From the human T2T-CHM13v2.0 reference genome, Homo sapiens, in NCBI RefSeq assembly GCF_009914755.1, contig NC_060931.1: 64,000 nucleotides of DNA; one strand, 5' to 3'. This document shows, piece by piece, positions 1 to 25,890 of the stretch; the stretch's first letter is position 1; every line of letters begins with the position of its first letter. A program made the translations under genes and the position numbers. The notes beneath the pieces are model-generated. The model searched no databases. It saw nothing but the letters and a program-made list of their open reading frames with translations, and was not told the DNA's origin.

Positions 1-3514
<3,514 letters not shown>

Positions 3515-4008
3515 GCATGGGCTTTGTAATTATTGAGCTGAGTCTAGGTTCCAGCACGAGCACTAGTGGGAGCTTGAGCAAGTTCTTATCTATAAAATCA
3601 GGGCAATAATAATACCTCATAAAGTTAATATGGGGATTAAAACATAATGTAATTAGGGGTCTGGCTCATATTAAATGCTCAATGGCAAATCCTATCTATA
3701 AGCTACAGGTGTAGTAAATTACTCACTTTCTGGTGTTGGATGAGCTGTGTAGGACTATTGGCAAAAGAAGAACTAGTAGTTAATAATGTGCTAATAACCC
3801 ATATTCTTTACAGAAGTTACTGTGAATGCCTTGAGAGTAAGGGAACTTTGGGCACCTGGGAATAAGGAAAAGGTTTAAATAAATACTGTATGCTGAGGAG
3901 TAAAAACAGTGTCTCAGGAGCAATGCTACCCTGTCAGTCAAATTTATAATAGACTCTGGTACTTTTGATTTCTTTATATTACTAAGCTCTCCATTATATT
4001 TATTACAG

Positions 4009-4143
4009 GTTCTATTATTGTCAAGGTCCCATCTTCACTTCAAGCTCATTTACAGTTATCAGGGAAAGAGGTTGATGTGAACTCAGAAGTCCATGTTCAG
4101 GAAATGGCTGAAGTTTGTAAAGATGATGTTGTAACAGTGACTG
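4009..4143 (+). CDS. FAM185A: FAM185A penultimate coding exon (135 nt, phase 1-1)
   Basis: Acceptor TTACAG (AG 4007-4008), donor GTAAG at 4144. Open frame (G)SIIVKVPSSLQAHLQLSGKEVDVNSEVHVQEMAEVCKDDVVTVT(G), recognised as the FAM185A C-terminal region. Splices in frame to 24973. Confidence 0.88.
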
Positions 4144-4649
4144 GTAAGGAGGCTGCATTTTGCTCTGTCAGATGAATAGCCATTCTCCATACATAAGTAG
4201 AAATGTGGTACACTTAACGGAAGTTTTAGCTTTTTTATATTTTTCCATTATTACGTCCTCATGTTTGACATCTTTTTTTCTTCTAGTTGCTTATCATTAA
4301 TATGATGCAGACATTTTGTTTAAAAAGACCTCATTAAATCATTTAGGAACACTCATTAGTCCTGTCATTGGGTAAAATTGATTTTTAAATTTTCTAGAAG
4401 AGCTGTTTTCTAATTCTCGAACTTAAAAATAAACTGAATACATATATTATAATGCAAAATTTAAAACTAACTTCGTGTGACTGGAGTAAATCGGAATTTT
4501 GTTTGGTATGTACATTTTAAACTTGCTCTTTCAGAACAACAAATTCTCAGTCCCACAAATGTGAATCGTTTTTGTACATTTTTCATTATATCTGGCTACA
4601 CTGGTGGCTGATACTATTTTTTTAAGGTTTGTCATTGGTTGGTTTTTTT

Positions 4650-4942
4650 GTTGTTTGAGACAGAGTCTTACTCTATTGCCCATACTGGAGTGCAGTGGCG
4701 TGATCTTGGCTCACTGCAACCTCCGCCTCCCGGGTTCAAACGATTCTGTTGCCTCACCCTCCTGAGTAGCTGGGACTACAGGCATGCACCACCATGCCCG
4801 GCTAATTTTTTTTTGTATTTGTAATAGAGACAGGGTTTTACCATGTTGGCCAGGCTGCTCTCAAATTCCTGACCTCAGGTGATCAGCCCACCTCAGCCTC
4901 CCAAAGTGCTGGGATTATAGGAATGAGCCACTGCGCCTGGCC
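4650..4942 (-). mobile_element. AluS
   Basis: Full dimer in antisense orientation; AAGGTTTGT on both flanks as probable TSD. Confidence 0.93.
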
Positions 4943-5811
4943 AAGGTTTGTTGTTTTAATGAATAAAAAAATTAATGCTGGTGAAGTTTTCCTTTAAATT
5001 TTACCAGAATGGCATCAAGGAGGACATTGCAATTAGACCGTGTATAGGGATGAATGCTACAAGCTAAACCCATGAGATGCCAACTAGAAAAAGGAAGAAT
5101 TGGGGAGTAGGGGAGGGTGGTCTTCATAAGATCAAATTTCAGTTTTAGGTATTCATTTTATATGTCGTGAAAATTAAGAAAGTTGTCTGTTAAAATTCAT
5201 AGAATATTACCAAAAAACATAACAGGAATAAAAATAATACCTATACACTCCCAGATATAACTGCATGCCACCTAATGGGCAGACTCATAGTTAAGTGGCG
5301 AAAATTTGATGAAAATCTAAGTACAGTCATGCATCACTTAATGACAGAGATACATTCTGAGAAATGTGTTATTAGGCAATTTTGTTGTCATGTGAACATT
5401 ACAGAGTGAACTTATACAAACCTAGATGGTACAGCCTACTATACACCGAGGCTGTGTAGTAGCCTATTATTCCTAGGCTACACCCTGTACAGCAGGCTAC
5501 TGTACTGAAAACTGTAGGGAATTGTAACACAATGGTATTTGTATATCTATATATAGAAAAGGTACAGTAAAAATATGGCATAAAAGATAAAACATGGTAC
5601 GCCTGTATAGGGCACTTACCATAAGTGGAGCTTGTAGGACTGGTAGTTGCTCTGAGTGAGTCAGTATGATGAGTGGTGAGTGCATGTGAAGGCCTAGGAC
5701 ATTACTACTATAGACTTTATAAACACTGTACAGTTAGGCTACACTAAATTTATTTTTAAGTTTCTTCAATAATAAATTAGCCTTAGTTTACTGTAACTTT
5801 TTTACTTTATT

Positions 5812-6056
5812 TATTCTAGAGATAGCTGCTTTCTCTGTTGCATAGACCGGAGTGCAATTATAGCTCACTATAAACTCAAACTCTGGGCTCAAGTGATCCT
5901 TCTGCCTCAGCCTCCCTAGTAGCTAGGTTACAGGTGTGTACTACCGTGCCCAGCTAATTTTTAAAAAGTTTTTAGCAGACACAAGGCCTTGCTATGTTTC
6001 CCAGGCTTGTCTTCAGCTCCTGGCCTTAAGTGATCCTCCCGCCTCAACTTCCCAAA
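5812..6056 (-). mobile_element. AluJ-like, 5'-truncated, inside Tigger3b
   Basis: Diverged antisense Alu flanked by TTTTTACTTTAT repeats. Confidence 0.8.
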
Positions 6057-6087
6057 GAACATTTTTACTTTATAAACTTACATTTTA

Positions 6088-6405
<318 letters not shown>

Positions 6406-7529
6406 ACTTTTTGACTCTTTTGTAATAATACTTAGCTTGAAACACAAACACACTTTACAGCTGTAGAGATATACTTGTCTATCTTTATTCTGTAAGCTTT
6501 TTTCTGTTTTTAAAATTGTTAATTTTTTTTAATTTTACTTTTTAAACTTTGTTAAAAACGAAGACACAAACACACACATTAGTCTAGGCTTTTACTGGGT
6601 AAAGAATGTCAGTATCACTTTCACCTCCACATCTTGTCCCACTGAAAGGCCTTCAGGGGAAATAACACACGTGGAGCTGTCATCTCCTGTGATGATAATG
6701 CCTTCTTCTGGAATACTTCCTGAAGGACTTACCTGAGGCTGTTGTATCGTAACTATTTTTTTTTTTAATAAGCAGAAGATATACACTCTAACGATAAAAA
6801 GTATAGTAAATACATAAATCAGTAACACAGTCATTTATTCTCATTATCAAGTATTATGAACTACACATAACATATGTGCTATACTTTTTTATGACAGTGG
6901 AGTGGGTTTGTTTACACCAGCATCACCACAAATGCAGGTAGTGCGTTGCATTTAAACAACCATTAGGATGGCTACGAAGTCACTAGGTGATAGGAGTTTT
7001 TTACCTCTATTATAATCTTATGGGACAACCATCATTTCTGTAGTTCATCGTTGACTGAAACATAATTATGCAGTGTGTGACTGGATATCAAATATAGTGA
7101 GAATCAACTTGTGATCTAATGCTTGAATTTGATAAGGAGCCAAGAGAGTTACCTATTTTTGGTCCCAATAATCTAAAACAATAATAAAGTTTGTTTAACT
7201 GTGCTCTGAATCATAGCATAACCAAAATTATTTGCATATGTAAGCATGTTTGAATTATAAGCTAAAGCTATTTTGTCATATTTTTATTCATTTATTCATA
7301 GAATCATATGCCTTTCTAAAATTTAGATTTAGTTTTAAAACTATTCTCACGACTTCAGTCATTATTTCTATGTACATAACTTCCAAGTCAATACATGCAG
7401 ACCTGATCTCTATTGTTCTTGTGCATTTCTATTCCACTAAACCAGTGCCACCTAAAACTTAATGTTTAAAAACAAAATTATCTTCCCCTAGCCTACCTCC
7501 TCCTTCTCCTGTCTTTTCTATTTTTCTTT

Positions 7530-8040
7530 ATTTGCTCAGTTACTCAACAAATGTTTGAGTCAACACTGCCGGAAACTAGGAGTGCAAGGGTAATATAAAG
7601 CATGGTCTCACTGCCTTCTGAGGAGCTTACATTCTAGTGAGGAAAGGCAAACCAGAGAATACAGTACAGTGGGATCAATGTTATAAACGTATGTACATTG
7701 TACTGTGAGAACACAGGGGTGAGGAAGTGAGAGAAGTCAAATATGGCCAAAGTATAGAGAGTAAAGGGGAAAGTGGCATAAAAGTAGGCTGGAGAGTTTG
7801 GGAGAGGTCAGATCATATGGGACAGTTTGGATTTTATATTAAGAGCATTGGGAAGCCCTTGGAAGGTTTTAACTTGGGGTTCACATAATCAGATTTTTGT
7901 GTTAGAAAGATCACTCTGAATGTTGAGTGGGGATAGATGAGAAAGAACAATGGTGGATGAAGGAGAAAAAAACAACTTTTGCTTTTTAGGAGGTTACTGC
8001 AGTAATTCAGCAGAAGGAGTACAGGGGCCTGGACTCCATA
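7530..8040 (-). mobile_element. Degenerate L2 3' region
   Basis: CTCAACAAATGTTTGAG...GAGCTTACATTCTAGTG...AGAAAGATCACTCTG motifs typical of antisense L2. Confidence 0.6.
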
Positions 8041-9836
8041 GTGAGCTATCTTAAACTCAGCAAATAAATAGGCCTTCAGTAACTTTTGCTTGAATATAAA
8101 GACGAATGAATGCTATGAGGAAGATGCATGCTTACCTCATTGGTTATTATGAAGCGCCTTAGCCTATTGAGTTCTTTTTGTGTGTTACTTGTTATTATGG
8201 CTTATACTCCGGCCCCACCTCCTGAACCAGGAAGGGCCAAATCGCAGAATGATGAGTTTATTTCCTGTTCACAGTGGAAGAATCTAGGTACTGATCAAGC
8301 ATCGTTTTGCAGAGTAGCACAGACTACCCTATGAGGTTGGTCCCCAGATGGATCTGTATGTTGTCTCTGATAGCAAATTAAATCCATTAAAGTAATAATG
8401 GATCTCAGGTGAAGAGAGCAGCAGTCTCTGGAGGGAGCTGTGAGTATGAACAGGTGATTGGGTTTAAGAGAAACTTCCATATTTCATTTTGGTTTTAAAA
8501 CTGTTTGGTACCCAGTCAGCCACAGGCCTTATGTATCAACTGGATGAAATAATTTAAGAGGCCTAGAAAATCAGGGCAGATTGCTTTTTTCTGTGGAGAT
8601 TTCCAATCTGAAACCAAATTTTGGAAATAATGAGCAGCTTTATATGTGAGCTATTATTATAGGCAGCTGAGCTCAGCTCATCTTGGCCTTCCTCATAGAG
8701 CCCATGAGGGATAAAAATAGAAATACTCTTATTGCTAAGAGCCTGGATTTTATCTGCAGCATGACTTCTGGATAATCTCTGCAAGAAGCCATGCCAGTAA
8801 AATTATTCCCTTAGGTTCCAGCTTCCCACAGGGTTTTGATGTGTCAGCTCTATAATTTTATTTGATTTCCTGCTCCATGGTTTCCTTTGCTATTGCTGTC
8901 ACTGATAAATAACTCAGGTGTATAATTCCTACCATGATTTACACGTATTATGTGCTATTCTGAGGTCAAAAGGAAACCTGAGACTCTCAGGCTGAAACAT
9001 TTACCTACTAAAAAGCTATGCACAAGTGTGTATTGGGGCTGCATTCTATAATCTTCATGAGAGTCTTGATTCTAAGTTTTGTCCTCTACCCATGTGTGGC
9101 AAATTTAACATGTTGTGAGTGGCTTAGGTAAGATGCTTCTAATAAGTTGGCTTCTCTATTAGGTTTTAGACTTGGTTCATCAACTTAGATATGAAACTTG
9201 ACTGTGGTAAACATCAAGTCTCCAAGCCCAGGTATGCATGTTGTACAAAGTCCTTTGGTCTTTACAACTCCACAATTTAGATGTTTAAATGTTCAAAGAA
9301 TATTAGAGGTAAAGTGCGTTGCCAGTGAACGGATTGGTGTTTGTCATTGTCTGGATAGTAGGGAAGCTAGCACTACTGGGTTTACCTCATTTTAGTAAAA
9401 CTGGAAATATAAAGCATATACAACATAAATTCATTTGGGATAAAAATAAACCACCAAGTCAGAAAAGAGTTCTTAGCTTGTCTAAAGGACAGAGGGTAAT
9501 AACATACAATGGAATTGTTATTTATAGTGGAATACTCGTTCATGGGTTGGAAGAGGTTGAAATGGGACTAAGCTCATAAGATGCCACTTTAAAAATCTAG
9601 AGACACTGTTTTCTCTCCAAATCGGGAAAAATCCAGTCTTTTGATATGACTAACTCTTGGAAATAGCTCTGATTTTAGAACCCACTAAAGTTTTTGGTTT
9701 TTCAAAGCTTAGAGCACATGAATTTGTCAGCAATGTATATATATTTCAGGACCAGATGGAAGAAATTCAATAACAGAATGAAGAATGCTCTAAGGCTTAT
9801 AGGTATCTGCTTAAAAATACTTTGACAGGGAGTTAA

Positions 9837-10185
<349 letters not shown>

Positions 10186-10429
10186 TTATGGTGTTTTTAT
10201 TTCCCCACCTTTTTGTTAAAGAATAAGATCTTGAGAGTATCATGGGTAATCAGATGTCAATGTTGTTAATGTTTGCCCCAAAAAAGAAGATCAGGTTTTC
10301 TTTCCATTCATCTGCAAACTTTATCTGTAAACACCATATAGTAAATATGTTAGACTTAGCAGATTACATATGGACTCTGTTGCATATATTTTTTTGTTTT
10401 TAAATAACCCTTTAAAAATGTAAAAGCCC

Positions 10430-10732
10430 GGCCGGGCACGGTCGCTCACGCCTGTAATCCCAGCACTTTGGGAAGCCGAGGTGGGTGGATCACCTAAGGT
10501 CAGGAGTTAGAGACCAGCCTGGCCAACATGGCGAAACCCTGTCTCTACTAAACATACAAAAATTAGCTGGGCGTGGTGGCGGGTGCCTGAAATCCCAGCT
10601 ACTCGGGAGGCTAAGGCAGGGAGAATTGCTTGAACCCAGGAGGCAGAGATTGCAGTGAGCCGAGATCGTGCCACTGGACTCCAGCCTGGGTGACAGAGAC
10701 TCTGTCTCAAAAAAAAAAAAAAAAAAAAAAAA
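10430..10732 (+). mobile_element. AluS inserted in a MER58-like hAT remnant (about 10310-10815)
   Basis: Full dimer with long A-tail; TSD GTAAAAGCCC. The flanks rejoin into MER58-like sequence. Confidence 0.9.
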
Positions 10733-11044
10733 GTAAAAGCCCTTCTTAGCTTTCAGGGCATACAAAAACAGGCCCCTGGCCAGATTTGGCCTGTGAGCTA
10801 TAGTTTGCTGATCCCTAGACTAGAGTTCAAAGAGCAGGCCCCAATCTCAGAGCATTATGAGTTCTGTTTGTGATGCCTGTGGGGTTTTGTTTTATTATTG
10901 TCTTTGTATTTATTTTGGTCATTCAAGAAATATTAAACCATAGCCAAATCCTTATCCTAAGTGAACTATCCCCAGTAGTGAAGAAAACATGATTCGTGCA
11001 CACAAAAGTTTAATCTTGTAACTTTTAAGAAACAGTGCAACCAT

Positions 11045-12030
11045 AGAAGATATATGATGGCAAAAAAATACACAAAAAGATATTTACCATCACTAGCCAT
11101 TAGGGAAATGCACATTAAAACCAGAATAAAATACTACATACTTACTAGAATGGCAAAAATTAAAAATACCGATTATTCAAATGCTGGCAAGTGTGCAGAG
11201 AAACTGGATCTCTTCTACATTACTGGTGGGAATGTAAAATGATACAGCTACTCTATAACTCAGTCTGGCAGTTTCTTAAAAAAATAGAAAAAAAAAGAAA
11301 CTACCATTAATCACCTAGCATTTATATTCCTGGGCATTTATCCTGGGGAAATGTAACTTATGTTCACACAAAAACCTGTACACAAATGTTCATAGCTTTA
11401 TTTGTAATAGCCAAAAAACTGGAAATGACTTAAATATCCTTCCATGACTGAATGTTCATATGACTCATGGTATGTCCACATAAGGTAATTCACCGACAAA
11501 GGGAACAATCTGTTGATGTAAACAACTTGAAGGGAATTTAAGGGCATTATTCTGAGTGAAAAAAGCCAATCTCAAAATGGTCCATACTCTATGATTCCAT
11601 TTATATAACATTCTTGAAACAACAAAATTAAAGATGTAGAGAATAGACAAGTGGTTGCCATAGGTTAGGGAAGGAGAAGGACAGTATGACTTTAAAGGGA
11701 CATGACAAGGGACTTCCTTTGTAGTGACAGAACAGTTCCATATCTTGATTAAAATGATGGTTATATATGAATCTATATATGTGATAGATAAAATGTCATG
11801 AGTATATACAAAGACATACCCGAAAAATGAATGCATGTAAAAACTGGTGAAATCTGAGTAAGGTCTATAGTCCAGTTAATTTGCCAGCTAATTTCCTGGT
11901 TTTGATAGTGCAGTATAGTTATAGAAGCTGTCACCATTAGGGGAACTGAGTGATGGGTATACAGAACCTCTCTCTACTGTTTTTGTAACTTCTTGTCAGT
12001 ATGAAATTATTTCAAAATAAGTTAAAAAAG
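11045..12030 (+). mobile_element. Old L1M (L1MB/ME-like) ORF2 end and 3' UTR
   Basis: ORF 11054 (SLAIREMHIKT) is degenerate ORF2 C-terminus, followed by L1M 3' UTR motifs. Confidence 0.75.
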
Positions 12031-12606
12031 AGGGTGGAAAGAAGGCAGGGAGAGGGAGAAAGAAAAATAATGAAGTCTTCTGGGCAGGATGGAGTTAAAG
12101 GGTCTGACTTACCTTCCCACCTGAAACAATGACAAAAAAATTTAAAAATTAAGCAGATACAGGAAACAAACAAGATGAGTCTTGCTTACTGCCTTGAGAG
12201 AGTCTCCAGGCTCCAGTACGGGAAAAGGGAACTGCTCTTGAGTCTAGAACACTCCCTGAGTTAGGGAGATCAAGATGAGAGTCGATAAAGATCAAGACAG
12301 GGTTCACAGGACAAAGTACCAGAGGGAATAGAACCTGGTGCTCACACAGGTCCAGGAATAATGCCTGTTCTTCCCACCAGACTGGAAAGAAAATCATAAC
12401 TCATGGGGCATTGGGTAGAGCATTTAGTAGTGGGAAACAATCAGTCTTAGGCTGAGCACCACTCTATAATTGCCTAACAAATTATAAAAGCAAGAGATGA
12501 AAGGCTTAAACTATTTCCAAGTAACTTAACTGCATCCTTGAGCGAAGCTCAAGATTTACAGGAATACAAAAATATCCAGCACCCAACAAAGTAAAATTCA
12601 CAATGT

Positions 12607-13331
12607 TGTAACCCACCCAACAGGTTCACCTTGCCCACTGCCTAGAAAGAGCCAACTTATCAAGACGGGAATTGCAGTAGAGAAAGAGAAATTCACGCAG
12701 AGCTGGCTATGCAGGAGACCAGTTTTATTATTACTTAAATCAGTCTCCCTGAGAATCTGACGATCTGAGTTTTTAAGGATAATTTGATAGGGGGCCAGTG
12801 AGTTAGGAGTTTTGATTAGTCAGTCTGAGATGAAATCATAGGGAGTCAGAGCTGTCCTTTTGTGTTGAGTCAGTTCCTGACTGGGGGCCACAAGACCAGA
12901 TGAGCCAGCTTATCAATCTGGGTTATGCCAGCTGATCGACTGAGTTTAGGGTCTGCAAAATATCTCAAGCACTGATCTTAGGTTTTACAATAGTGATGTT
13001 ATCCGCAGGAGCAATTTGGGGAGGTTTAGCAATTTGGGCAGCTTCCAGCTGCATGACTCCTAAACCACAATTTCTAATCTTTTGGCTAATTTGTTGTCCT
13101 GAAAAGGGAGTCTAGTCCCCAGGCGGGAATGGAGTTTGTTTGGGAAATGGCTGTTATTGTCTTGGTTTCAAAGCTAAACTATAAACTAAGTTCCTCCCAA
13201 AAGTTAGTTCAGCCTGTACCTAGAAATGAACAAGGACAGCTTGGTGATTAGAAGCAAGATGGAGCTGGTTATGTCAGATCTCTTTCACTGTAATAATTTT
13301 CTCAGTTATGATTTTTGCAGAGGTGGTTTCA
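12607..13331 (-). mobile_element. ERV1 solo LTR, LTR8 family, inserted in an old L1M 5' fragment (about 12040-13620)
   Basis: TG...CA ends; the minus strand begins TGAAACCACCTCTGCAAAAATCATAACTGAG. 4-bp TSD ATGT at 12603-12606 and 13332-13335. Confidence 0.85.
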
Positions 13332-13853
13332 ATGTCTAGCATTGAATCAAAGATCATCAGACATGCAAAGAGCAAAAAAACCCATGAGTTATAATGAAGA
13401 GAATAATTGAAACTAACCCAAAACTGATACAGATGACCGAATTAGCAGAGAAGGAAAATAAAAGTTATTATAACTGTATTGCACTTGTTCAAACACTTAA
13501 GACATGGAAGATATAAAAAGAAGACCAAAATTGAATTTCTATAAATGAAAACTACAGTGTCTGAGATGAAAAATACAATGGATGAGATTAGACATTACAG
13601 AAGAAAAGATTTGAGGAAGAAACTATTACTATTATTTTTTGGGAAGAACTGATTAATTGTATACTTCCTCAGTATACTCTTGCCTAGAGTACTGTTGACT
13701 TTATTATTATTGCAAGTATTTGAGAGGAAATTTAGTGGATAGGCATCATTAAAACTAGCTCAAAAATATTTTTTTATCTGGAAGATTTCTTGTCAAGGTA
13801 TCTTGGGTTACACTTTTGTTGAGAGAAGATTGTAAAAAGTTAAAGAACGTTGA

Positions 13854-14162
<309 letters not shown>

Positions 14163-15359
14163 AAAGAACGTTGACAAAATTAAAATATTTTGTTATGGAA
14201 TTGTATGTGGTGTTAAAGGTATTGTTTGTGAAATGTATGTGTTAAAAATAATAAAATTTCAGAGTAATTACTTTCATGTTGTTTCATAGTGTATGATTTA
14301 TTTTCCTAGTGAGTTGGTAAGCTTTGTGAGAGCACTGGTGTGTCTTTTCACATCTTTTGAACCTCCCTAATATACTTAGCATGGCACTTCCTATAGTGGG
14401 TGGCCCAAAGTGTTTGTAGTATAAAAGAGAATCCTCCAACCCTGATGCACTGAAGTTTAATCTGCTATTATTAATAATAAGGCAGCAGCAGAAGTATCCC
14501 TCTGAACCAAATGTACACAAACAAAGAATGTTACAGGGTTAGAAGTGGGAGTGGGGAGGGAGGCAGGAAAAAGCTCACCTTACCAAGAAGCTTGTTAATC
14601 CTATTTTTAAACAAGACAATTCTGCAAGTTACTTCCTGGAGCCCTGTCTTTGTTGATATTTAGTGCAGAATAGATCAGGTATATTTTGGGTTAAATAAAA
14701 AGAACATAGAGATTCATATATTTGGGTACATTGGGGCAGGAGTTTCGAGAGCAAATTACAGAGTTAAACACATGTCCTAGGAAGCCTTTCCTCCCACTTA
14801 GTGGAAGCCACAGTGTATAGGGATAGAGTAGTCATTTTCCCATTTCTTGGTCAAAGAAACAGTGTGTGATTTTAATTGGCAAAGGGAAGTAAATAAGGAG
14901 GAAGGCTTTTGAAACCCCAAATTCCAATATATGTTGAAAAACTTTTGTAGGAAGGAATTTATAAACTTTACAAATTATTAATAGAATAGAGTCTCCACAG
15001 ATTCAGGTCAAAGTACAAAGAAGTTTCAGTAAATTACTTATTGGCAAGATAGAGAAAGCTATTTTCAAGCAACCTAGATGGAATTTTATAAACTGTCCTC
15101 CCTTTTGAGTATTGTCTCTAAGCTGAAATTTGTTGTGTGTTCTTTTTCTTGAGAGCAGTAACACTGTGCTTGGCCTCTATTGCTGCAAAAGGAAATAGGT
15201 TGAAGGCTTTTCACTCCATAAGTAAGAAATATATTATTGGGGAGGTGATAAATAATATATTAAGGAAGAGATCTCAGATATGTAGAAAAGCCTTACTATT
15301 ATTGATGCTTTATTATTGGTGCTAAATGGTATTTAAAAAGAAGAAAAAGTTGAAAAAAC

Positions 15360-16313
<954 letters not shown>

Positions 16314-16508
16314 TGTTATTGAACCAAACGGAGGTCCACTCGCCCAGCGTAATAAGACTACGTATCTATACCATATCTAAACGAAGGCTTGTAGCAAGAG
16401 AAGGGAAAGCGTTTGTTTGTAGGGACCAAGCAAGGAGAATCAGGCAGATTATACTTAACACTTGAACTCTCAGATGGCTTATAGGTAAGGGTTTTTAAAG
16501 GTGGAGAG

Positions 16509-22389
<5,881 letters not shown>

Positions 22390-22860
22390 AAAGGTGGGGA
22401 GGCAGAGGTTATAGGCAAAGTCATAAATTGATACATGGGGGCTGCATATTGGTCTGACCTAAAAAGTCAAGACATCTAGAAGCAGGGGGGCTGCAGGTTA
22501 TAGGTGGATTTAAAGATTTTTTGATTTCTGATTGGTTAAGGAAGTGAAGCTTTATCTAAAAATTTGGGATCCGCAGAAAAGAATGTTAGTTCTGGCTCAT
22601 GGGTGTGACCTCCTCCAGGCCCCTGAGAAATGTACAATGGTCAGTTTAGTCCTGAGCTTCCCCTTATCTGAAGTCCATGTGCCAGCAGATCTGTTTGGTG
22701 TGGGGGTCCAGGTTTTTGAGAAACAACTCAGAGACATATGTTCAGATTTTGTCTTTGGTTCTTATAGAAAACAAAACATCTATTTTAACCTTTTTGGCTA
22801 TTGTTTTAAGCTGTTATTTTGTTGTTGTTGTTGTTGTTGTTTATTAAGTTGCTCATTTGC

Positions 22861-23191
<331 letters not shown>

Positions 23192-23321
23192 TAGGTGCCT
23201 GGAATTTTTTAATGAACCCAAGTTTTTGTTTGTTTGTTTGTTTTTGTTTTTTTGTTTTAAATTTTTGTGCTTGAGAAGAGTCCACAGGCCCCTACAAGCG
23301 GTCCCTGTTCTGTCTCAATTT

Positions 23322-23440
23322 GACTGGTTTCTTAAATCCAGAAGTGCAGTGGAACTCCAGAGGAGATATAACACCTTCATAACCTTGATTTGTAAAGAAA
23401 ACGTAGAACTAGAAGAATAGATCTGAGAAACAAACGAGGG
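23322..23440 (+). pseudogene. SMARCA5 processed pseudogene, 3' segment (end of SLIDE domain)
   Basis: Reads [32 protein letters not shown], against SMARCA5 [32 protein letters not shown] (from memory). Continues the 16313 segment exactly once the LTR and one TSD copy are removed. Confidence 0.9.
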
Positions 23441-24099
23441 GAGCTTTGTGATTGCCACAGCCTATGACCTTGAAAGAGTTTCCAGGCTGCAGGGCAGGGA
23501 GAGGTCGCACAGGCAGAGCCCAGCAGACTCCCTGAGTGGAGGAGACTGAGCTTCTGAGCTGAGCTTCTGGGGAGACGGGGCTGCCCAGAGTTCATAAGAA
23601 AGAGTTCCGGAGGGGAGCAAGCTGCACAGAGGGGATTGCGGAGGGTGCCATGAACAGTCAGCAAAGTACTAATGAGCAGGCATTGAGGAAACTACCTATA
23701 CATGGTCCACTGTGGATGAACCTCAAAATAATTACGCTGAATGAAAGAAGACGGATTTTTTTAAAAAGAGTGCATAACTGTATACTCCCATTTATACCAT
23801 TTATATAAGATTTTAGAAAGAGCAACTAATCCATAGTGCCGCAAAGCTGATCAGTGATTGAAGGGGGTGGGGGTCGGAGGGTGACAGGAAGGGAGGGGCA
23901 TGAGGGAAAGACTGTACTTGACTACAAAGAAATTTTTGGGAGTGATGAATATGTTGACTATCTTGATTAAGGAAATATGGTTCACAGATTTTTACCTATG
24001 TCAAAACTTACTACATTGTATACTTTAAGTACATGTAGTTTATCTTGTCAGTTATACTCCAGTAAAGCTCTTTTTAAAGACTGCATTTAAAAATAATAT

Positions 24100-24299
24100 A
24101 TGTTGAGCATTCCAAATCCAGAATCTGAAATGCTCCAAAATATGAAACAAGGAAATGCTCATTGGAGTAATTTGGATGTCAGATCTTCAGATTAGGGATG
24201 CTCAACTAGTATGTCTTCTCCAATATTCAAAAAAAAAAAATCTGAAATTTGAAACAATGCTGGTCCCAAGCATTTTAGATAAGGGATACTCATCCTGTA
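24100..24299. mobile_element. MER46/Tigger4-like MITE
   Basis: GTTGAGCATTCC...AATCTGAAATGCTCCAAAA...GGGATACTCATCCTG|TA. Confidence 0.7.
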
Positions 24300-24314
24300 C
24301 AAATAAAAAACAGA

Positions 24315-24880
<566 letters not shown>

Positions 24881-24972
24881 CTAAGGTGTTTTTCAGTTTC
24901 AGAGATGTGTTGCTAGGATCTATGTGGTCAATTAATGCTCTTGATATAATTTTATGCAATTTTGTGTTTTAG

Positions 24973-25085
24973 GACTCATGAATCAAGCAAGCAAACGTGA
25001 AAAATGGATTAAGGCTGATGCCCCAAAAGGCACTGTAAGTTTTAGAAGGCAAAGTTGGTTTCAGTCCCTGAAACTGCAGGACTAA
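24973..25085 (+). CDS. FAM185A: FAM185A last coding exon (CDS part)
   Basis: Acceptor TTTTAG (AG 24971-24972). Reads (G)LMNQASKREKWIKADAPKGTVSFRRQSWFQSLKLQD with TAA at 25083-25085. Phase matches exon 4009-4143. Confidence 0.9.
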
Positions 25086-25246
25086 AACTGATTTGAGTTG
25101 GATTTATGATTTTTAACAATGATTCGCAGATCTGTGACTACAAAAATGTAAATCCCACCATTCATATAAAGGTTGAAAACAACAAATTGAGAATGAATAC
25201 TGGTGAACTGTTTTGGGAGGCTTTTTCAAAATTTGTGCTTTGCTAT

Positions 25247-25815
25247 TGTATTCATTTTCTACTGCTCTGTAACAAATTACCACAAATTTAGCAGCATAAA
25301 ATAATACTCATTTACAGCTATGTCTAGGTTCTCCGCTCAGGGAATCACAAGGCTAGAAATCAAGATTTTGGCCAGGCTGAGTTCTCATCTGGAGTCTCTG
25401 GGAAGAAATCTACTTCCAACTTCATTCAGATTATTGGGAAAATCCAGTTCCTTGTGACTGGATGACTGAGGTCTCCATTTTCTTGCTGGCTGTCAGCCAG
25501 CAATCACTCTAAGCTTCTAGAGGCCACCCACATGCCTTCTCATGTTGCCCCTCCATCTTCAAGCCAGCAGTGATGCGCTGAGTTCTTCTCATGCTTTGAA
25601 TATCTGACTTCTTCTGCAGCCAGCTGGAAGAATATATACTTTTAAAGGGCTCACTTGATTAGGTCAGGCCCACCCAGGATAACCTTTGTTTTGCCATATA
25701 ATGTAACATTCATAGGAGTGATGGCCCATCACATTCAGTTTTCACTCCCACTCAAGGAAAGGAGATTATACAAAGGCATCCATCATGTGGGGACAATTAG
25801 CTTAGAATTCTTTAT
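25247..25815 (-). mobile_element. MaLR LTR (MLT1-type) within the FAM185A 3' UTR
   Basis: TGTATTCATTTTCTACTGCTCTGTAACAAATTACCACAAATTTAGC is the antisense MLT1 end. Confidence 0.75.
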
Positions 25816-25884
25816 AATGTAGCTCTCACATGACAGGTTTTCTACTTAGTACCTTTTATGGCATCAATGTAAATTTAAGCTGTA

Positions 25885-25890
25885 AATAAA
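25885..25890 (+). terminator. Probable FAM185A polyadenylation signal
   Basis: First AATAAA I find downstream of the stop codon, 0.8 kb away, with upstream TGTA elements. Confidence 0.65.
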
